DNA of 64,000 nt from an uncultured delta proteobacterium (lineage in GTDB: Bacteria > Myxococcota_A > Polyangia > Polyangiales > Polyangiaceae): contig CAVQUB010000002.1 in the NCBI GenBank assembly GCA_963716725.1, positions 96,001 through 160,000 of the forward strand, given 5' to 3'. This document shows positions 51,275 through 61,120 of the stretch, piece after piece (positions within the stretch are counted from its first letter, which is position 1; each line of letters begins with the position of its first letter). The notes beneath the pieces are model-generated. The model had not been told where the DNA came from. It searched no databases and was given only the letters and a program-made list of their open reading frames with translations. The position numbers and the translations under genes were made by a program.

Positions 51275-52248
51275 AGGGCTTCATCCGCAAGCTCGTGATC
51301 GCGATGCTGCTCGGCATCTTGGTCTACGGGGTGTTCGTTGCGTGGGCCGGCTACCGCGACATCCAAGAGTCGCTCAGCCGCTTTCGCTGGAGCGCCTTTG
51401 CGTTTGCGCTCGCGCTCGCCTCGGCGAACTACGGATTGCGCTTCGCGAAGTGGGAGTATTACCTGGCGCGCCTGGGCATCCGCGGCGTGCCCAAGCTCGA
51501 CAGCCTGTTGGTATTCCTCTCGGGTTTCGTGCTGACGGTGACGCCCGGTAAGGTGGGCGAGGTTTTCAAGAGCGCCGTCCTGGCCGAGACCCACGGCGTG
51601 CCGGCGGCGCGGACCGCTCCAATCGTCTTCGCCGAGCGTCTGACCGACGTCATCGGAGTGATCGCGCTGATCGTGATCGGCAGCTTGGGCTTTTCGGGCG
51701 GGCTCGTCTGGGCGGCCGTCGGCACCTTTGGGGTTCTGTGCGGGCTGCTGTTGGTGATCTGGCGTGCGCCTGGCGAGGCGTTGATTGCGTGGATGAAGCG
51801 CCGTCCGGGACGCCTGGCCGCGCTGGCACCGAAGCTGGAAGAATCCTTTGGGAGCCTGCGCATCGTGGCCAGCCCCAGCGCGCTGCTCTGGCCCAGCTTG
51901 CTCTCGGTGTTGGGGTGGGGCGCCGAGGGGTTCGCGCTCCATCTGCTGGTCCAAGGCTTTGGAGTGCACGTGCCGGCTCCGCTCGCGATGTTCTTTTACG
52001 CGACCGCCACCCTCGCGGGCGCCGTCATTCCGGTCCCGGGTGGCTTGGGCGTCGCCGAAGCCATGATCCAGGAGCAGCTGGTGCGCCTCGGCCGAGTGCC
52101 CCAGAGCTCCGCCACCAGCGCGATGATCCTGATCCGCTTCGCGACGCTGTGGTGGGCGGTGGTCGTGGGCTTCGTCGCGCTGGCGATCTTGCGCGCGCGA
52201 TTCCCGTCCCTCACTCGTCGGGGCGCGGACGCCGAGCTAGCGCAGTGA
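51271..52248 (+). CDS. Flippase-like protein (lysylphosphatidylglycerol synthase TM / UPF0104)
   Basis: RFAKW, TPGKVGE, ERLTD, PGGLGVAE, IRFATLW. Confidence 0.88.
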   Translation: MKGFIRKLVIAMLLGILVYGVFVAWAGYRDIQESLSRFRWSAFAFALALASANYGLRFAKWEYYLARLGIRGVPKLDSLLVFLSGFVLTVTPGKVGEVFKSAVLAETHGVPAARTAPIVFAERLTDVIGVIALIVIGSLGFSGGLVWAAVGTFGVLCGLLLVIWRAPGEALIAWMKRRPGRLAALAPKLEESFGSLRIVASPSALLWPSLLSVLGWGAEGFALHLLVQGFGVHVPAPLAMFFYATATLAGAVIPVPGGLGVAEAMIQEQLVRLGRVPQSSATSAMILIRFATLWWAVVVGFVALAILRARFPSLTRRGADAELAQ

Positions 52249-53193
52249 CCGCAGCGCCTCGAGGGCGTCCCGCATGTCCGCGGGCAATGGCGACTCGAAG
52301 CGCAGGGCCTGCCCCGTAGCGGGATGCACGAAGCCAAGGACCGCGGCGTGCAGCGCCTGTCGCGCCAGCTGCTCTTCGATGGGGATCAGTCCAGGATCGG
52401 CGGAGCGCCGTCCGTAGAGGGCGTCGGCGAGCACCGGCGCTTTGCCACATTCGGCCAGATGAACGCGGATCTGATGGGTCCGCCCCGTCTCGAGCCGGCA
52501 CGCGACCAGCGCGGCCCTACCGCCTCCGAGACGCTCGAGGACCGAGACCTTCGTCACCGCTCGCCGACCCTCGCGCACCTTGGTCGTGAAACGCAGCCGC
52601 GACCGCGGATCACGCCCGTGCAGAGTCTCGATGCGTCCCGGCGCCGGGACGCCGAGCGTCAGCGCGAGGTACTCTCGCTCCACGTCGTGGCGCGCCAGCT
52701 GCGCCTTGAGGCCCTCTCGGCTGAGCTCGTCCTTGGCCACCACCAAGAGCCCGCTCGTGTCCTTGTCGATGCGGTGCACGATGCCCGGCCGCAGCGCTCC
52801 TTGCGGGTCTCGCGGATCCGCCACCGAGCCGCCAAAGCCCTCCCGCGAGAGCAGGCCGCTCACCAGGGTGCCCTGCCAGTTCCCGCGCGCGGGGTGGACC
52901 ACGATCCCTGCGGGCTTCTCGACCACCACCAGGTGGCTGTCCTCGAACACGACGCCGAAGGGCACGCTGGCGTCCGCCACCACCTCCGTGACCGGCGGCG
53001 GACCCGGCGAAAGCTCGATCACCGAGCCCAATGCCAGCACCTCCCGGGCTCGACATACCCGCCCGTCGATCAAAACGCGCTGCTCCAGAATCCAGCGCTG
53101 AATAGTGGCGCGGGAGGTCTCCGGCAGGAGCCGAGCGAGCAGCTTGTCGACGCGATCCCCAGCTCGTTCGGCGTCGATCTCGAATCGGCGCAT
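52237..53193 (-). CDS. rluD: RluA-family pseudouridine synthase with S4 domain
   Basis: KPAGIVVHP, GIVHRIDKDTSGL, LETGRTHQIR, RQALHA. Confidence 0.92.
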   Translation of the reverse strand: MRRFEIDAERAGDRVDKLLARLLPETSRATIQRWILEQRVLIDGRVCRAREVLALGSVIELSPGPPPVTEVVADASVPFGVVFEDSHLVVVEKPAGIVVHPARGNWQGTLVSGLLSREGFGGSVADPRDPQGALRPGIVHRIDKDTSGLLVVAKDELSREGLKAQLARHDVEREYLALTLGVPAPGRIETLHGRDPRSRLRFTTKVREGRRAVTKVSVLERLGGGRAALVACRLETGRTHQIRVHLAECGKAPVLADALYGRRSADPGLIPIEEQLARQALHAAVLGFVHPATGQALRFESPLPADMRDALEALRSLR

Positions 53194-53202
53194 CCGCGCG
53201 TA

Positions 53203-53466
53203 CTACCAGACGGGGCTCTTGATGTGCCCCTTCGACTTGATCAGGATGTCGACCAGGGCGCGGTCGTAGAAGTTTCGCTGGTACAGATCGGGAGCCACGC
53301 GGCTCTTGTACAGCGCTCGCCCCTCTTCGATCTCTTCCGACAGCTCGGCGAAGAGTGAATCGTGCTCGATGCCGCGCACGATCTTTTCCTCGTTGTAGAG
53401 CGAGAGATCACTGGCGATAGCGCGTGCCAGCCGGCGCGCAGCTTCTTCGGTCTCGATGAGCGGCAT
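53203..53466 (-). CDS. romX: RomX-like polarity protein
   Basis: 87 aa, RLARAIASDLSLYNEEKI..EEIEEGRALYKSRV..W; closely resembles M. xanthus RomX as recalled; GGAGG RBS. Confidence 0.8.
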   Translation of the reverse strand: MPLIETEEAARRLARAIASDLSLYNEEKIVRGIEHDSLFAELSEEIEEGRALYKSRVAPDLYQRNFYDRALVDILIKSKGHIKSPVW

Positions 53467-53491
53467 CTCGGGGCGTCCTCCGAGCGAAGTA

Positions 53492-54976
53492 TCACCCGGT
53501 CGCTCGCGAGATGTCAAAACGCGAGCGATCTTCGGCTTCGCGCCGGCCAACGATGGCCGTTCCGGCCGTGGCGGCCACCAGAGGGAAGACCACCAAAGAG
53601 TATCGACCGGCACCAAAGAAGGCCGCGTGCGTGACCAGGGTCGCCGCGAGGACCGCCACGCCAAGGCCCAACACCGGTCGCTCGATCAGCCTGCGGCCGA
53701 GCAACGCCGTCGCCACGGCCAACACCACGTAAGCGATCCACGCGAAGGGGGTGAGCAGCAAGGGCGCGGCGAGTCCCACGCCGATCTTGCGGGCGGTGGC
53801 CCGCGAGCCGGGGGTCCGGCCGACCGAGACGAGCGCGAGCAGCAGCAGCGCCCGCTGCACGACGGTCTCGGCGATGCCGAGAGAGAGCTTCGCCCGCTCC
53901 GAGAAGTGCCCGGGGCTCGAGGCCCGGAGGTACCAACCGGCAGCACCGCAGTACTCGAAGGTGTGAGCCAGCTTCCGGGGCACGAGCCCGAGCCAGCGCA
54001 TGGGTCGAGCGCGCACGAGCGCGATGGCCTCGCGCGCAAAGCACGCGTCTTTGTCGGCCTCCCCGAACACGTTGCGGCATGCCTCGGGCACGCTCTCTCC
54101 GCTGATGGGCACGAAGGTCCCGGTCGCGCCCTCGGTGGCACCGATCAGGAGATTCCAGCCGACGTTTGCGCTGACCACGACGCAGCGGTCCATCCTCTGG
54201 CAGTTGCGGAGCGTCCACGGCAGCACCACACACGCCGTGGCGAGGGTGGTCACCAGCGTCGACCGGATCAGCGACCGCCAGCTCGGGGCACGCCCCGTCC
54301 AGCCGGCCATCACGGCAAAGACCGGCATCACGAGCAAGCTTTGGCCGCGAACCAGGGTGGTCAGGCCGAGCAAGCCGCCGAGCAGTACCCACCAGCCGAC
54401 CGGGCGCGTCGACCCGCGGGCAAGAACCACGACCCACGCGGCGATGGCGAAGAGCGCAGCGGTCACCCCCTCGGTCATCAGCGCCGGTGTGTACAGAACG
54501 AGGGCAGGATGGATCGCGACAGCCGTCGCCGCGAGCCCCGCGCCCACTCGGCCGCTGCTCGCCGCAACCACGCGATGGACCGCAATCACACCGAGGGCCC
54601 CGAGCGCCGCGTTCAGCAGCATGCCCCAGGTTGGGCTCGGCCCGAGCGTGGCGTAGAGGCTCGCGAGCAAGCCCGGATATCCAACCGGGTAGTGCGCCAC
54701 GAAGGTGACGACGCCGTCCGGCCAGCGCCAAGTGTAGCCCTGCCCCTCGGCGATGCGCGTCGCCAGTTGGTGATAGAAACGCCCATCTTCCACCGGAGGA
54801 AAGCGCCCCGCGGCCCAAACGACCACCGCCACTCGCAGCGCGGCACCAATCGACCCGATGACGATGGCGTCGCGACGCGCTTCGCGACGACCCTGGGAAG
54901 TGCCCGGGGGGGCATACCCGACGGGGTCACGCGGGGCGCGACGACCCTGGGAAGTACCCGGAGGGGTACTCGTCAT
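53492..54976 (-). CDS. GT-C (ArnT/PMT-like) membrane glycosyltransferase
   Basis: EDGRFYH, HYPVGYP, LMTE, PWTLRN, multiple TM helices. Confidence 0.8.
   Translation of the reverse strand: MTSTPPGTSQGRRAPRDPVGYAPPGTSQGRREARRDAIVIGSIGAALRVAVVVWAAGRFPPVEDGRFYHQLATRIAEGQGYTWRWPDGVVTFVAHYPVGYPGLLASLYATLGPSPTWGMLLNAALGALGVIAVHRVVAASSGRVGAGLAATAVAIHPALVLYTPALMTEGVTAALFAIAAWVVVLARGSTRPVGWWVLLGGLLGLTTLVRGQSLLVMPVFAVMAGWTGRAPSWRSLIRSTLVTTLATACVVLPWTLRNCQRMDRCVVVSANVGWNLLIGATEGATGTFVPISGESVPEACRNVFGEADKDACFAREAIALVRARPMRWLGLVPRKLAHTFEYCGAAGWYLRASSPGHFSERAKLSLGIAETVVQRALLLLALVSVGRTPGSRATARKIGVGLAAPLLLTPFAWIAYVVLAVATALLGRRLIERPVLGLGVAVLAATLVTHAAFFGAGRYSLVVFPLVAATAGTAIVGRREAEDRSRFDISRATG
54883..54966. repeat. 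Two-copy 30-bp direct repeat (54-bp period)
   Basis: CGCGACGACCCTGGGAAGT(G/A)CCCGG(G/A)GGGG at 54883 and 54937; encodes PPGTSQGRR twice. Confidence 0.8.
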
Positions 54977-55581
54977 GGATACCGTTCGAGCAAGCCCACG
55001 CGACACAGCTCTTGGACCACCTCGCAGGCGGGCAGCCCGACCACGTTGCTGTACGAGCCGTCGATGCGTTCGATCAGAAACGCCCCGATGCCTTGGGCTG
55101 CGTAGGCTCCCGCCTTGTCCATGCCCTCCTCGGTCGCCGCGTAGGCCTCGATTTCGCTCGGGCTCGCTCCGCGCATGGTGACGGAAGTGCTCACCGTGCG
55201 GCCGACCGCCGGCTCCGCGGGCGCCTCCGCCTTCGAAACGACAAAGCGCGTGTAGACCGTGTGCGTGCGCCCCACGATGCGCCGGAGCAGTGCGCGTGCG
55301 TCAGCGAGGTCGCTGGGCTTGCCCAAGATCTCGCCGTCGATGACCACTATCGTGTCTGCCACGAGCACGCCTGCGAAGGGCGCGTCGCCAATCAGCGGCA
55401 GCACGCTCGAGAGCTTGGCCATCGTCACGCGTTCGAGAAAGTCGAGCGGCGGCTCACCGGGGTGCGTGGACTCGTCGCACTGACCCACCTGCTGCATCAG
55501 CGGGATCCCCAGCCCGCCCAGGATCTGCAGCCGACGCGGCGACGCCGAGCCCAGCACCAGCGGACGCTCTCTTCCGATCAC
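54973..55581 (-). CDS. maf: Maf-family nucleoside triphosphate pyrophosphatase
   Basis: LGSASPRR, ADTIV, ILGKP, DKAGAY, GSYSNVVGLP. Confidence 0.95.
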   Translation of the reverse strand: MIGRERPLVLGSASPRRLQILGGLGIPLMQQVGQCDESTHPGEPPLDFLERVTMAKLSSVLPLIGDAPFAGVLVADTIVVIDGEILGKPSDLADARALLRRIVGRTHTVYTRFVVSKAEAPAEPAVGRTVSTSVTMRGASPSEIEAYAATEEGMDKAGAYAAQGIGAFLIERIDGSYSNVVGLPACEVVQELCRVGLLERYP

Positions 55582-55646
55582 GCGCCCCGCATAACACGGA
55601 TGCTCGGCTGCCCGGCCAGCTCGAAGTTCGATATAATCTGACCACC

Positions 55647-56693
55647 ATGATCGGCGTCGTCCATGCGCGGCGGGCACGCGCTCGCGCCCTCGTCGCCGCC
55701 TCGCTCGCGGTTCTGCCCGCGGCGGCCGCGCGCGCCGCCGAGTGCGATCCGCCCTCCGGCGTCTCGACCTGCTTCGACGCAGACTCACTCTGGCACTCGG
55801 CGGGCGCTTCGCGCTTCGCTGGCCTCTCGTCGCCTGCCGTACCGAATCCGGGCTCGCTCGCCTTCGCGGCGCTCCTGAGCTACGTCGACCGGCCGGTGCT
55901 GCTGTCGGCGCCGTCGCCCGATCCCGAAGGCCGCGACGTCAACGTCGTCCGCGATCGCGTCGATCTCTCCCTCGCCTATGCCTATGGCCTCGGCGCAGGC
56001 CTCGAGCTCAGCGTCGCGACGCCCTTCGTGATCCACCAAACCGGATCCGGCGCCGAGGGGATCACCTCTCAGCGCGCTCCACCCCTCACCTCGGTTGCCG
56101 TGCGTGATCCCCGGATCGGAGGCGCGATCCGGCTGCTACGCGCCGAGGGCGAGCACGGCTGGGACGCGAAGTTGAAGCTCGAGCTCGGCTTGCCGCTCGG
56201 CGACGATCAACTGTACGCGGGCGCGGGTGCTTTTACCTTCGCGCCCGGCTTCGCCAGCGGTCTGCGCTGGGGTCCACTGCACGGCGCCGTCGAACTCGGC
56301 GCTCGCCTGCGCCGCGCAGTCCCCTTCGCTACGGCCAAGATCGGCTCCCAGGCCTTCGCAGGGGTCGGGGTGGGCGTCGACCTGATCGGCGAGCGCCTCT
56401 CGCTGGAGCTCGAGGCCTCCGCGCTGCCTTCCCTCGTCTCCCAACCCGGACGAACTCGCGGTGCTTCGCGGGTCAGCGGCGGCAGGTTGGTGCCCGCGGA
56501 GTGGCTCGCGAGCTTACGTTCCGCCCCCGTCGCGGACGCTGGCGTCTCGCTCTCTCTGGGCGGCGGCACAGGGCTCCCGCTGTCGAGCGAGACCCGGGAG
56601 ACGGCGAGCGCATCGTCGACCGAGCGCTTCGCTGGCGTGACAACGCCGCGCTTCCGACTGTTCTTTGGCCTGCGCTACCGGCCCGAGCTCTGA
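55647..56693 (+). CDS. Putative outer-membrane beta-barrel protein
   Basis: Signal peptide ARA-A, amphipathic strands, DPRIG, C-terminal PRFRLFFGLRY. Confidence 0.7.
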   Translation: MIGVVHARRARARALVAASLAVLPAAAARAAECDPPSGVSTCFDADSLWHSAGASRFAGLSSPAVPNPGSLAFAALLSYVDRPVLLSAPSPDPEGRDVNVVRDRVDLSLAYAYGLGAGLELSVATPFVIHQTGSGAEGITSQRAPPLTSVAVRDPRIGGAIRLLRAEGEHGWDAKLKLELGLPLGDDQLYAGAGAFTFAPGFASGLRWGPLHGAVELGARLRRAVPFATAKIGSQAFAGVGVGVDLIGERLSLELEASALPSLVSQPGRTRGASRVSGGRLVPAEWLASLRSAPVADAGVSLSLGGGTGLPLSSETRETASASSTERFAGVTTPRFRLFFGLRYRPEL

Positions 56694-56711
56694 CCCGACC
56701 GCCGGAGCGAC

Positions 56712-57341
56712 TCAGAACACGCGCTCACGCACGTAGATGGAGTCGCCCGCCTGCAGGGCAATGTCCGGCGAGCGACCGTCGGTGATGGCGTCGATGTTGA
56801 GCACGACGGTGGTCCGCCCGGATTTCGTCTGGCGGGTCAGGTTCACGCCGTCGCGGGTAGCGATGGCGGTAAACCCGCCCGCCAAGGAGATGGCCTGGAG
56901 CAAGGTGAGGCCGGGCGTGAGCGGGAAGCTCCCGGGCTTGGCGACCTGCCCGAGCACGGTGATGCGCTTGCTGTTGTACTCCTTGATCGCGACGATCACG
57001 CTCGGATCCGTCAAGATCTTCGCCTCGATCAGGCGCTGGCGCAGCAGCCGGGCGATGGCCTGCGGTTCGAGACCGGCAACCTTCGTGGTGTGCACGTAAG
57101 GGAAGTCCACCGTGCCGTCGGAGGCGACCTGGTACTCAGTGGGAAGCTCCTTCTCCCCGACGACCTGCACGGTGAACACATCACCGGGCCCGATCGTGGT
57201 GCTCTCGATCGGCGCGGGCAGCCTCACCCTCGAGTTGTCCTGGCCGGCGCTGCAGCCGCCGAGCAGCGACATCGCTCCGAAGGCCCCTACGACCAAGCAG
57301 GCAACGAGGACGCGAAGCCGAACGAGGAGGAACGAAACCAT
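56712..57341 (-). CDS. wza: Short OPX (Wza-like) polysaccharide export lipoprotein
   Basis: Lipobox LGGC; Poly_export IGPGD..VASDGTVDFPY; SLBB VLGQVAKPG..AISLAGG; ends GDSIYVRERVF with no OM helix. Confidence 0.88.
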   Translation of the reverse strand: MVSFLLVRLRVLVACLVVGAFGAMSLLGGCSAGQDNSRVRLPAPIESTTIGPGDVFTVQVVGEKELPTEYQVASDGTVDFPYVHTTKVAGLEPQAIARLLRQRLIEAKILTDPSVIVAIKEYNSKRITVLGQVAKPGSFPLTPGLTLLQAISLAGGFTAIATRDGVNLTRQTKSGRTTVVLNIDAITDGRSPDIALQAGDSIYVRERVF

Positions 57342-57423
57342 CTGAGCTGACACCAGCGCGGTCACCGCGCCCATTGGTTGACCGCAGCTACGAAAACATT
57401 CGCCGCGCCGGGCGCCGTCAAAA

Positions 57424-58782
57424 TCACATGAACCAGCGAGCGCCGACCCACAGCTCGTAGCGGTTGTACTGGAGGTTGTCCTGAGCCGTCCCCGCTGGAT
57501 CCAGCTGTATCCGCTCGTTGCCGAGGGAGCCGTCGTAGCGCAGCGTGGTGTTGATGCCGATCGAGTCGCTCGGGCGGTACTCCGCGAACAGGGTCGCGTC
57601 GGCGCGGTGCTGACCGAAGCTCGCCTTGCGCGGCGCCCCGGTGGCGAAATAGGTGGGCGAGTGCGTCAGGTACGAGTACCCGCCTTCGAGGCTGACCAGG
57701 AACGCGCCGGCCACGAAGTACGAGAAGTTCGTGTAGCCGCGATCACGCCGGTAGAAATCCGAGAGGTAGCTGTTGGTGTAATCGCGCACGTAGCCCGCCG
57801 CGATGCTCGACAGACCCACCGTGGCCTGATCGGGTGCCAGCGATGGCTGCGGCAGCAGGAACCACTTGAGCTCGGCTTGTCCCACCGGGCCGTCGTAGTT
57901 GTGCACGGGCACGCCGCCTCCGGTGTCGTAGAAGCTCGCCGCCCAGCCGGCCATGGCCAGCATGGAAAAGTGGTGCGTGACCAGCCCGTTGACGCCGATC
58001 TTGCTGTTCACGGTCTGAGCGTTGTGGTCGACGCTCGTCGCGTCCGTGTACCGCAAGAACCCCACCTTGCCGTCGTACACCAGCGCGGTGCGCGGCAAGA
58101 AGCGCCAGCGCCCGCGGGTGACCAGCGAGTTCTGGTAGTTGTTGAGGTTCGTATACGCGTCCTTCTCGAAGAAGTTGTAGACGAGCTCGTAGCCCACACG
58201 CCACTCGAACAGGCCCCCGCCCGGCCGCCAGTTGACGCCCGCTCCGAGCCGCACGCTGTCGCGATTGAAGGCCAGGTCCTCGACGATGTTGTTGGAAGGC
58301 TCCGCCGTGCGCACGAAGTCGCCGTGCAGGTCGAAGCCCAGGGGCTTCTGCGGCAGCACGTCCAAGCTGAAGTTGACGCCCGCGTTGACGACGTTGTCGT
58401 TGTCGCTGACGGCGTCCGAGTTCTTCGAGTCCGTCGCGAAGAGCTTGTTGTACGAAAGGAAGGTGCCCGCTCGGAAGTTGAGCTTCGGCGGGTCACCGCC
58501 GCCTTCACGGCGCTGGGCGCCGAGCGTGGAGAGCGAGAGCGAGGGCGTCACGCGCAGGCGCATCACGCTGATCTTGCTGCCCTCGTCGTCCGCTCTCAGA
58601 AAGTAGTTCGAGTCGTAGCCGAGCTCTGCGCTGACACCCGGGTGGATCTCGAGGTTGCCCGCTCGGTAGCCGATGCCCTCGGCGTAGCGGCGGTCCTTGA
58701 TCCACGGCTGGTTCTGAGCCGACGCGGAGAGGCTGACTGTCGCGACGACCAGCGAGGTCGCAAGTAAGGCACGAAATCGCAT
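57424..58782 (-). CDS. Large outer-membrane beta-barrel, partner of short OPX (Wzp/EpsX-like)
   Basis: Signal peptide, HPG....GYDSN.F motif, aromatic-rich strands, ends GARWFM; adjacent to the short OPX. Confidence 0.8.
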   Translation of the reverse strand: MRFRALLATSLVVATVSLSASAQNQPWIKDRRYAEGIGYRAGNLEIHPGVSAELGYDSNYFLRADDEGSKISVMRLRVTPSLSLSTLGAQRREGGGDPPKLNFRAGTFLSYNKLFATDSKNSDAVSDNDNVVNAGVNFSLDVLPQKPLGFDLHGDFVRTAEPSNNIVEDLAFNRDSVRLGAGVNWRPGGGLFEWRVGYELVYNFFEKDAYTNLNNYQNSLVTRGRWRFLPRTALVYDGKVGFLRYTDATSVDHNAQTVNSKIGVNGLVTHHFSMLAMAGWAASFYDTGGGVPVHNYDGPVGQAELKWFLLPQPSLAPDQATVGLSSIAAGYVRDYTNSYLSDFYRRDRGYTNFSYFVAGAFLVSLEGGYSYLTHSPTYFATGAPRKASFGQHRADATLFAEYRPSDSIGINTTLRYDGSLGNERIQLDPAGTAQDNLQYNRYELWVGARWFM

Positions 58783-58855
58783 GTCAGGTCGGCGTCCGGA
58801 AGGTAGTCGGAGAGGTGATAGTCGATCGGGCGAGCCGGTGCGAGCACCAGTTTCG

Positions 58856-59419
58856 TCACTGGGTCGGGCTGGCAATCACGGGGGGCTGGGAGATGATCGG
58901 GTCGTTCGGGTACGCGGAGGGATCGTCGGGGATGGTCGGATCGATCTGCACCGTCACCTGCGACTCGCCGATGAACCCCGTCTCTTCACCGATGCACTGA
59001 TTGGCTTCGGCGACGAGGCTCCGGACGCGATCGCGGAGAACCTGGATGACCGTGAACTCGTGGCGGGACCGGTCGGAGTCGTTCTTCTCCGCCGCGCCCC
59101 GCAGGTTCGGCATGCGGTCGCGCGCGGAGCGCGTGGCCACGTCGATCTGGTTCAGCTTGTCGTTGAGGCAGAGCACCTTCACGACGTCGCGCTTCTCCCG
59201 GGATTCGCTGAGCTGCCGGCGCACCGTGCTGGCTCCTCGCTCCATCTCGGGCAGGTAGCCCTCGGCCTCGTCCCGCATCTGCGTCGGTGAGAGCTTCACG
59301 TCGCGTTGCGTCGTCACGTCCGCGGGAGGCGCCGGAGCTGCCTCTTGAGCGACCGCTACGCCGAACGCAAACGATATCGCCGTGGCGATTGCCATTCCCC
59401 AGATTCGCTTGGAAAGCAT
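58856..59419 (-). CDS. Exported helical hypothetical protein
   Basis: Signal peptide AVA-Q, helical body with two Cys (VLCLNDK, ANQCIGEE), Pro-rich tail. Confidence 0.75.
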   Translation of the reverse strand: MLSKRIWGMAIATAISFAFGVAVAQEAAPAPPADVTTQRDVKLSPTQMRDEAEGYLPEMERGASTVRRQLSESREKRDVVKVLCLNDKLNQIDVATRSARDRMPNLRGAAEKNDSDRSRHEFTVIQVLRDRVRSLVAEANQCIGEETGFIGESQVTVQIDPTIPDDPSAYPNDPIISQPPVIASPTQ

Positions 59420-59562
59420 CGAGCCGGACCTCCCTCTACCCGTCAAAGTCGGGCCAGTATAGAAACCCGGGTCGGCCCTGTCAACGAGCCTGCGTTTCTG
59501 GATAAATGCCATGTTTTCGCCAGCTTCTGGGCCGGACACGCCGGACGCCCAGCCGGGTTCGA

Positions 59563-59604
59563 TGCCGGGGGGCCCGGGAGCATTCAGCTCCCCCGACCCA
59601 CCGG
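59563..59604 (-). terminator. Hairpin immediately after the gltG-like gene
   Basis: GCCGGGGGGCCCGGGAGC-attca-GCTCCCCCGACCCACCGGC imperfect stem; no T tract. Confidence 0.4.
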
Positions 59605-59612
59605 CAACCCTA

Positions 59613-61025
59613 CTACTGCTTGACGAAGCTGACGGGAACCACGACCACGGCGCTGCCGCCTTCGGGCGGGTCGAACTGCGCCGCCTGTGCGCGCGATTGC
59701 ACGCAGCTGGCGACCGAACCCGGGAGGTTGCCGCTGGAAGACGCGGTCACACCCTGGACTTCGCCGCCGGGGCCCACGCGAATGCTCAAGCGAATGCTGC
59801 CCTGCGCGTCGGGATTCTCCGCCAGGCCGCGGTTGTAGCAGCTGCGGAAGCCGGCGCGCATTCCAGCGACCACCCGGGCGGCGTTGCTGACGGTGCCACC
59901 GCTCACGGAGGCCCCGCCGACGTTCGCGCTGCCCTTGGGGCCCTGGACCTTCTTCACCTCGCCGGTGCCCGTGGTGCCCTCGGTCTTGCCGCCGCTGGCC
60001 ATGCCCGCCAGACCCGAGCCGCCCATGCCGGGGCGGATCGTGCCGCCGCCGCTGCCGAGGTTGAGCCCGCCGATGCCGCCGGCGGAGACGCCGGCCCCGC
60101 TGGCCGCCGCGGCGTCGAGGGCGCCGGTCGGTACTTCGCCGCCGCGCAGCACACCCGCCGTCGCGGGTCCCTGGGCCGAGAGCGCACCGATGGTGGCCAT
60201 CTCGAGGTTGTCGAGCTCTTTGCCGAGCGCCGCAGCCTGCGCGCCCGTCATCGGCGCGCTCTTGCCGCCTGCACCCGGGGCCGCGCCCGCGGCCTTCGGC
60301 GCCGCCTTCTCGGCCTTCTCGGACTTCTCGGCCTTCTCGTCGGTGACTTCGTCCTTGGTATCGACGGGCGGAGGCGGGGGCAAAGCCCTCATGGAATCCA
60401 CCAGCCCGGCGACGCTGACCTCTTCGTCGAAGACCGCGTCGAGCCAGTCCGAGTAGACCGAACCGATGGCCAGGAAGTGCAGCAAGAACGAGAAGGCCGC
60501 GATCATGGTCGTCGGCCAGTCGATGCTGGTGGCGCCCTGGGTGACCGACACCGGAAGCTGCGGCTTCGGTTGAACCGGCGGCGGCGCGACGAACTGGAAG
60601 AGGATGGTGGTGTTGGCCACCACCACCTTGCCGCGCGAGTCCTCGGTCAGGCGGATCTGGTACGCGCCTTGCGGCGTCCGACGCGCCTGCCCCTTGAGCA
60701 TCGACAAATCCGAGATGCCGGTGGGCAGGGCGATGCGTCCGCTCATCCCGTCGAGGAAGTTCAGCCAGTAGTCGTTACCGACGAGCTCGAACAAGCGAAA
60801 GGTCGGTGGGAGATTTTGCGTGGCGACGACGAACATCGCCTTTTCACTGGGGCCAACCGTGACGTGGATGCGCTGCTTGACGATGCGTTCTTCGATGATC
60901 CGCCCGCCCTGCACCACTCCGATGCGCAGCACCTTGGGACCGCTCATCGCGACAGCGCGCATCACTGCCGTCATCTGACCGGGTCGTTGGCTTCCAGGCT
61001 GAGGGAACGGCTGCTGCTGGCTCAT
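59613..61025 (-). CDS. GltG/PglI-like protein (TM + TonB-C-like AgmX/PglI domain)
   Basis: VLRIGVVQGGRIIEER N-terminus, TM SFLLH, Gly-rich linker, FRSCYNRGL..NPDAQG..VASCV..F.PP. Confidence 0.85.
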   Translation of the reverse strand: MSQQQPFPQPGSQRPGQMTAVMRAVAMSGPKVLRIGVVQGGRIIEERIVKQRIHVTVGPSEKAMFVVATQNLPPTFRLFELVGNDYWLNFLDGMSGRIALPTGISDLSMLKGQARRTPQGAYQIRLTEDSRGKVVVANTTILFQFVAPPPVQPKPQLPVSVTQGATSIDWPTTMIAAFSFLLHFLAIGSVYSDWLDAVFDEEVSVAGLVDSMRALPPPPPVDTKDEVTDEKAEKSEKAEKAAPKAAGAAPGAGGKSAPMTGAQAAALGKELDNLEMATIGALSAQGPATAGVLRGGEVPTGALDAAAASGAGVSAGGIGGLNLGSGGGTIRPGMGGSGLAGMASGGKTEGTTGTGEVKKVQGPKGSANVGGASVSGGTVSNAARVVAGMRAGFRSCYNRGLAENPDAQGSIRLSIRVGPGGEVQGVTASSSGNLPGSVASCVQSRAQAAQFDPPEGGSAVVVVPVSFVKQ

Positions 61026-61120
61026 CGATGCGCTCTCCGCGACTACGGCCTGAGGAAGATCTCACGCCGCGCCGTTCGACAGCCCGTCGAGGAACGAAGT
61101 TCCCGCCGGGCCGACAAAGA

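Noticed and set aside
54883..54966. Possible mini-CRISPR (30-bp repeat, 24-bp spacer)
   Set aside because: Only two copies, in frame within a CDS, with no leader and no cas genes in the window.
59520..59604. tRNA-like GGTTCGA motif in the intergenic region
   Set aside because: No cloverleaf, D-arm or acceptor stem can be built; better explained as a hairpin after the gltG-like gene.
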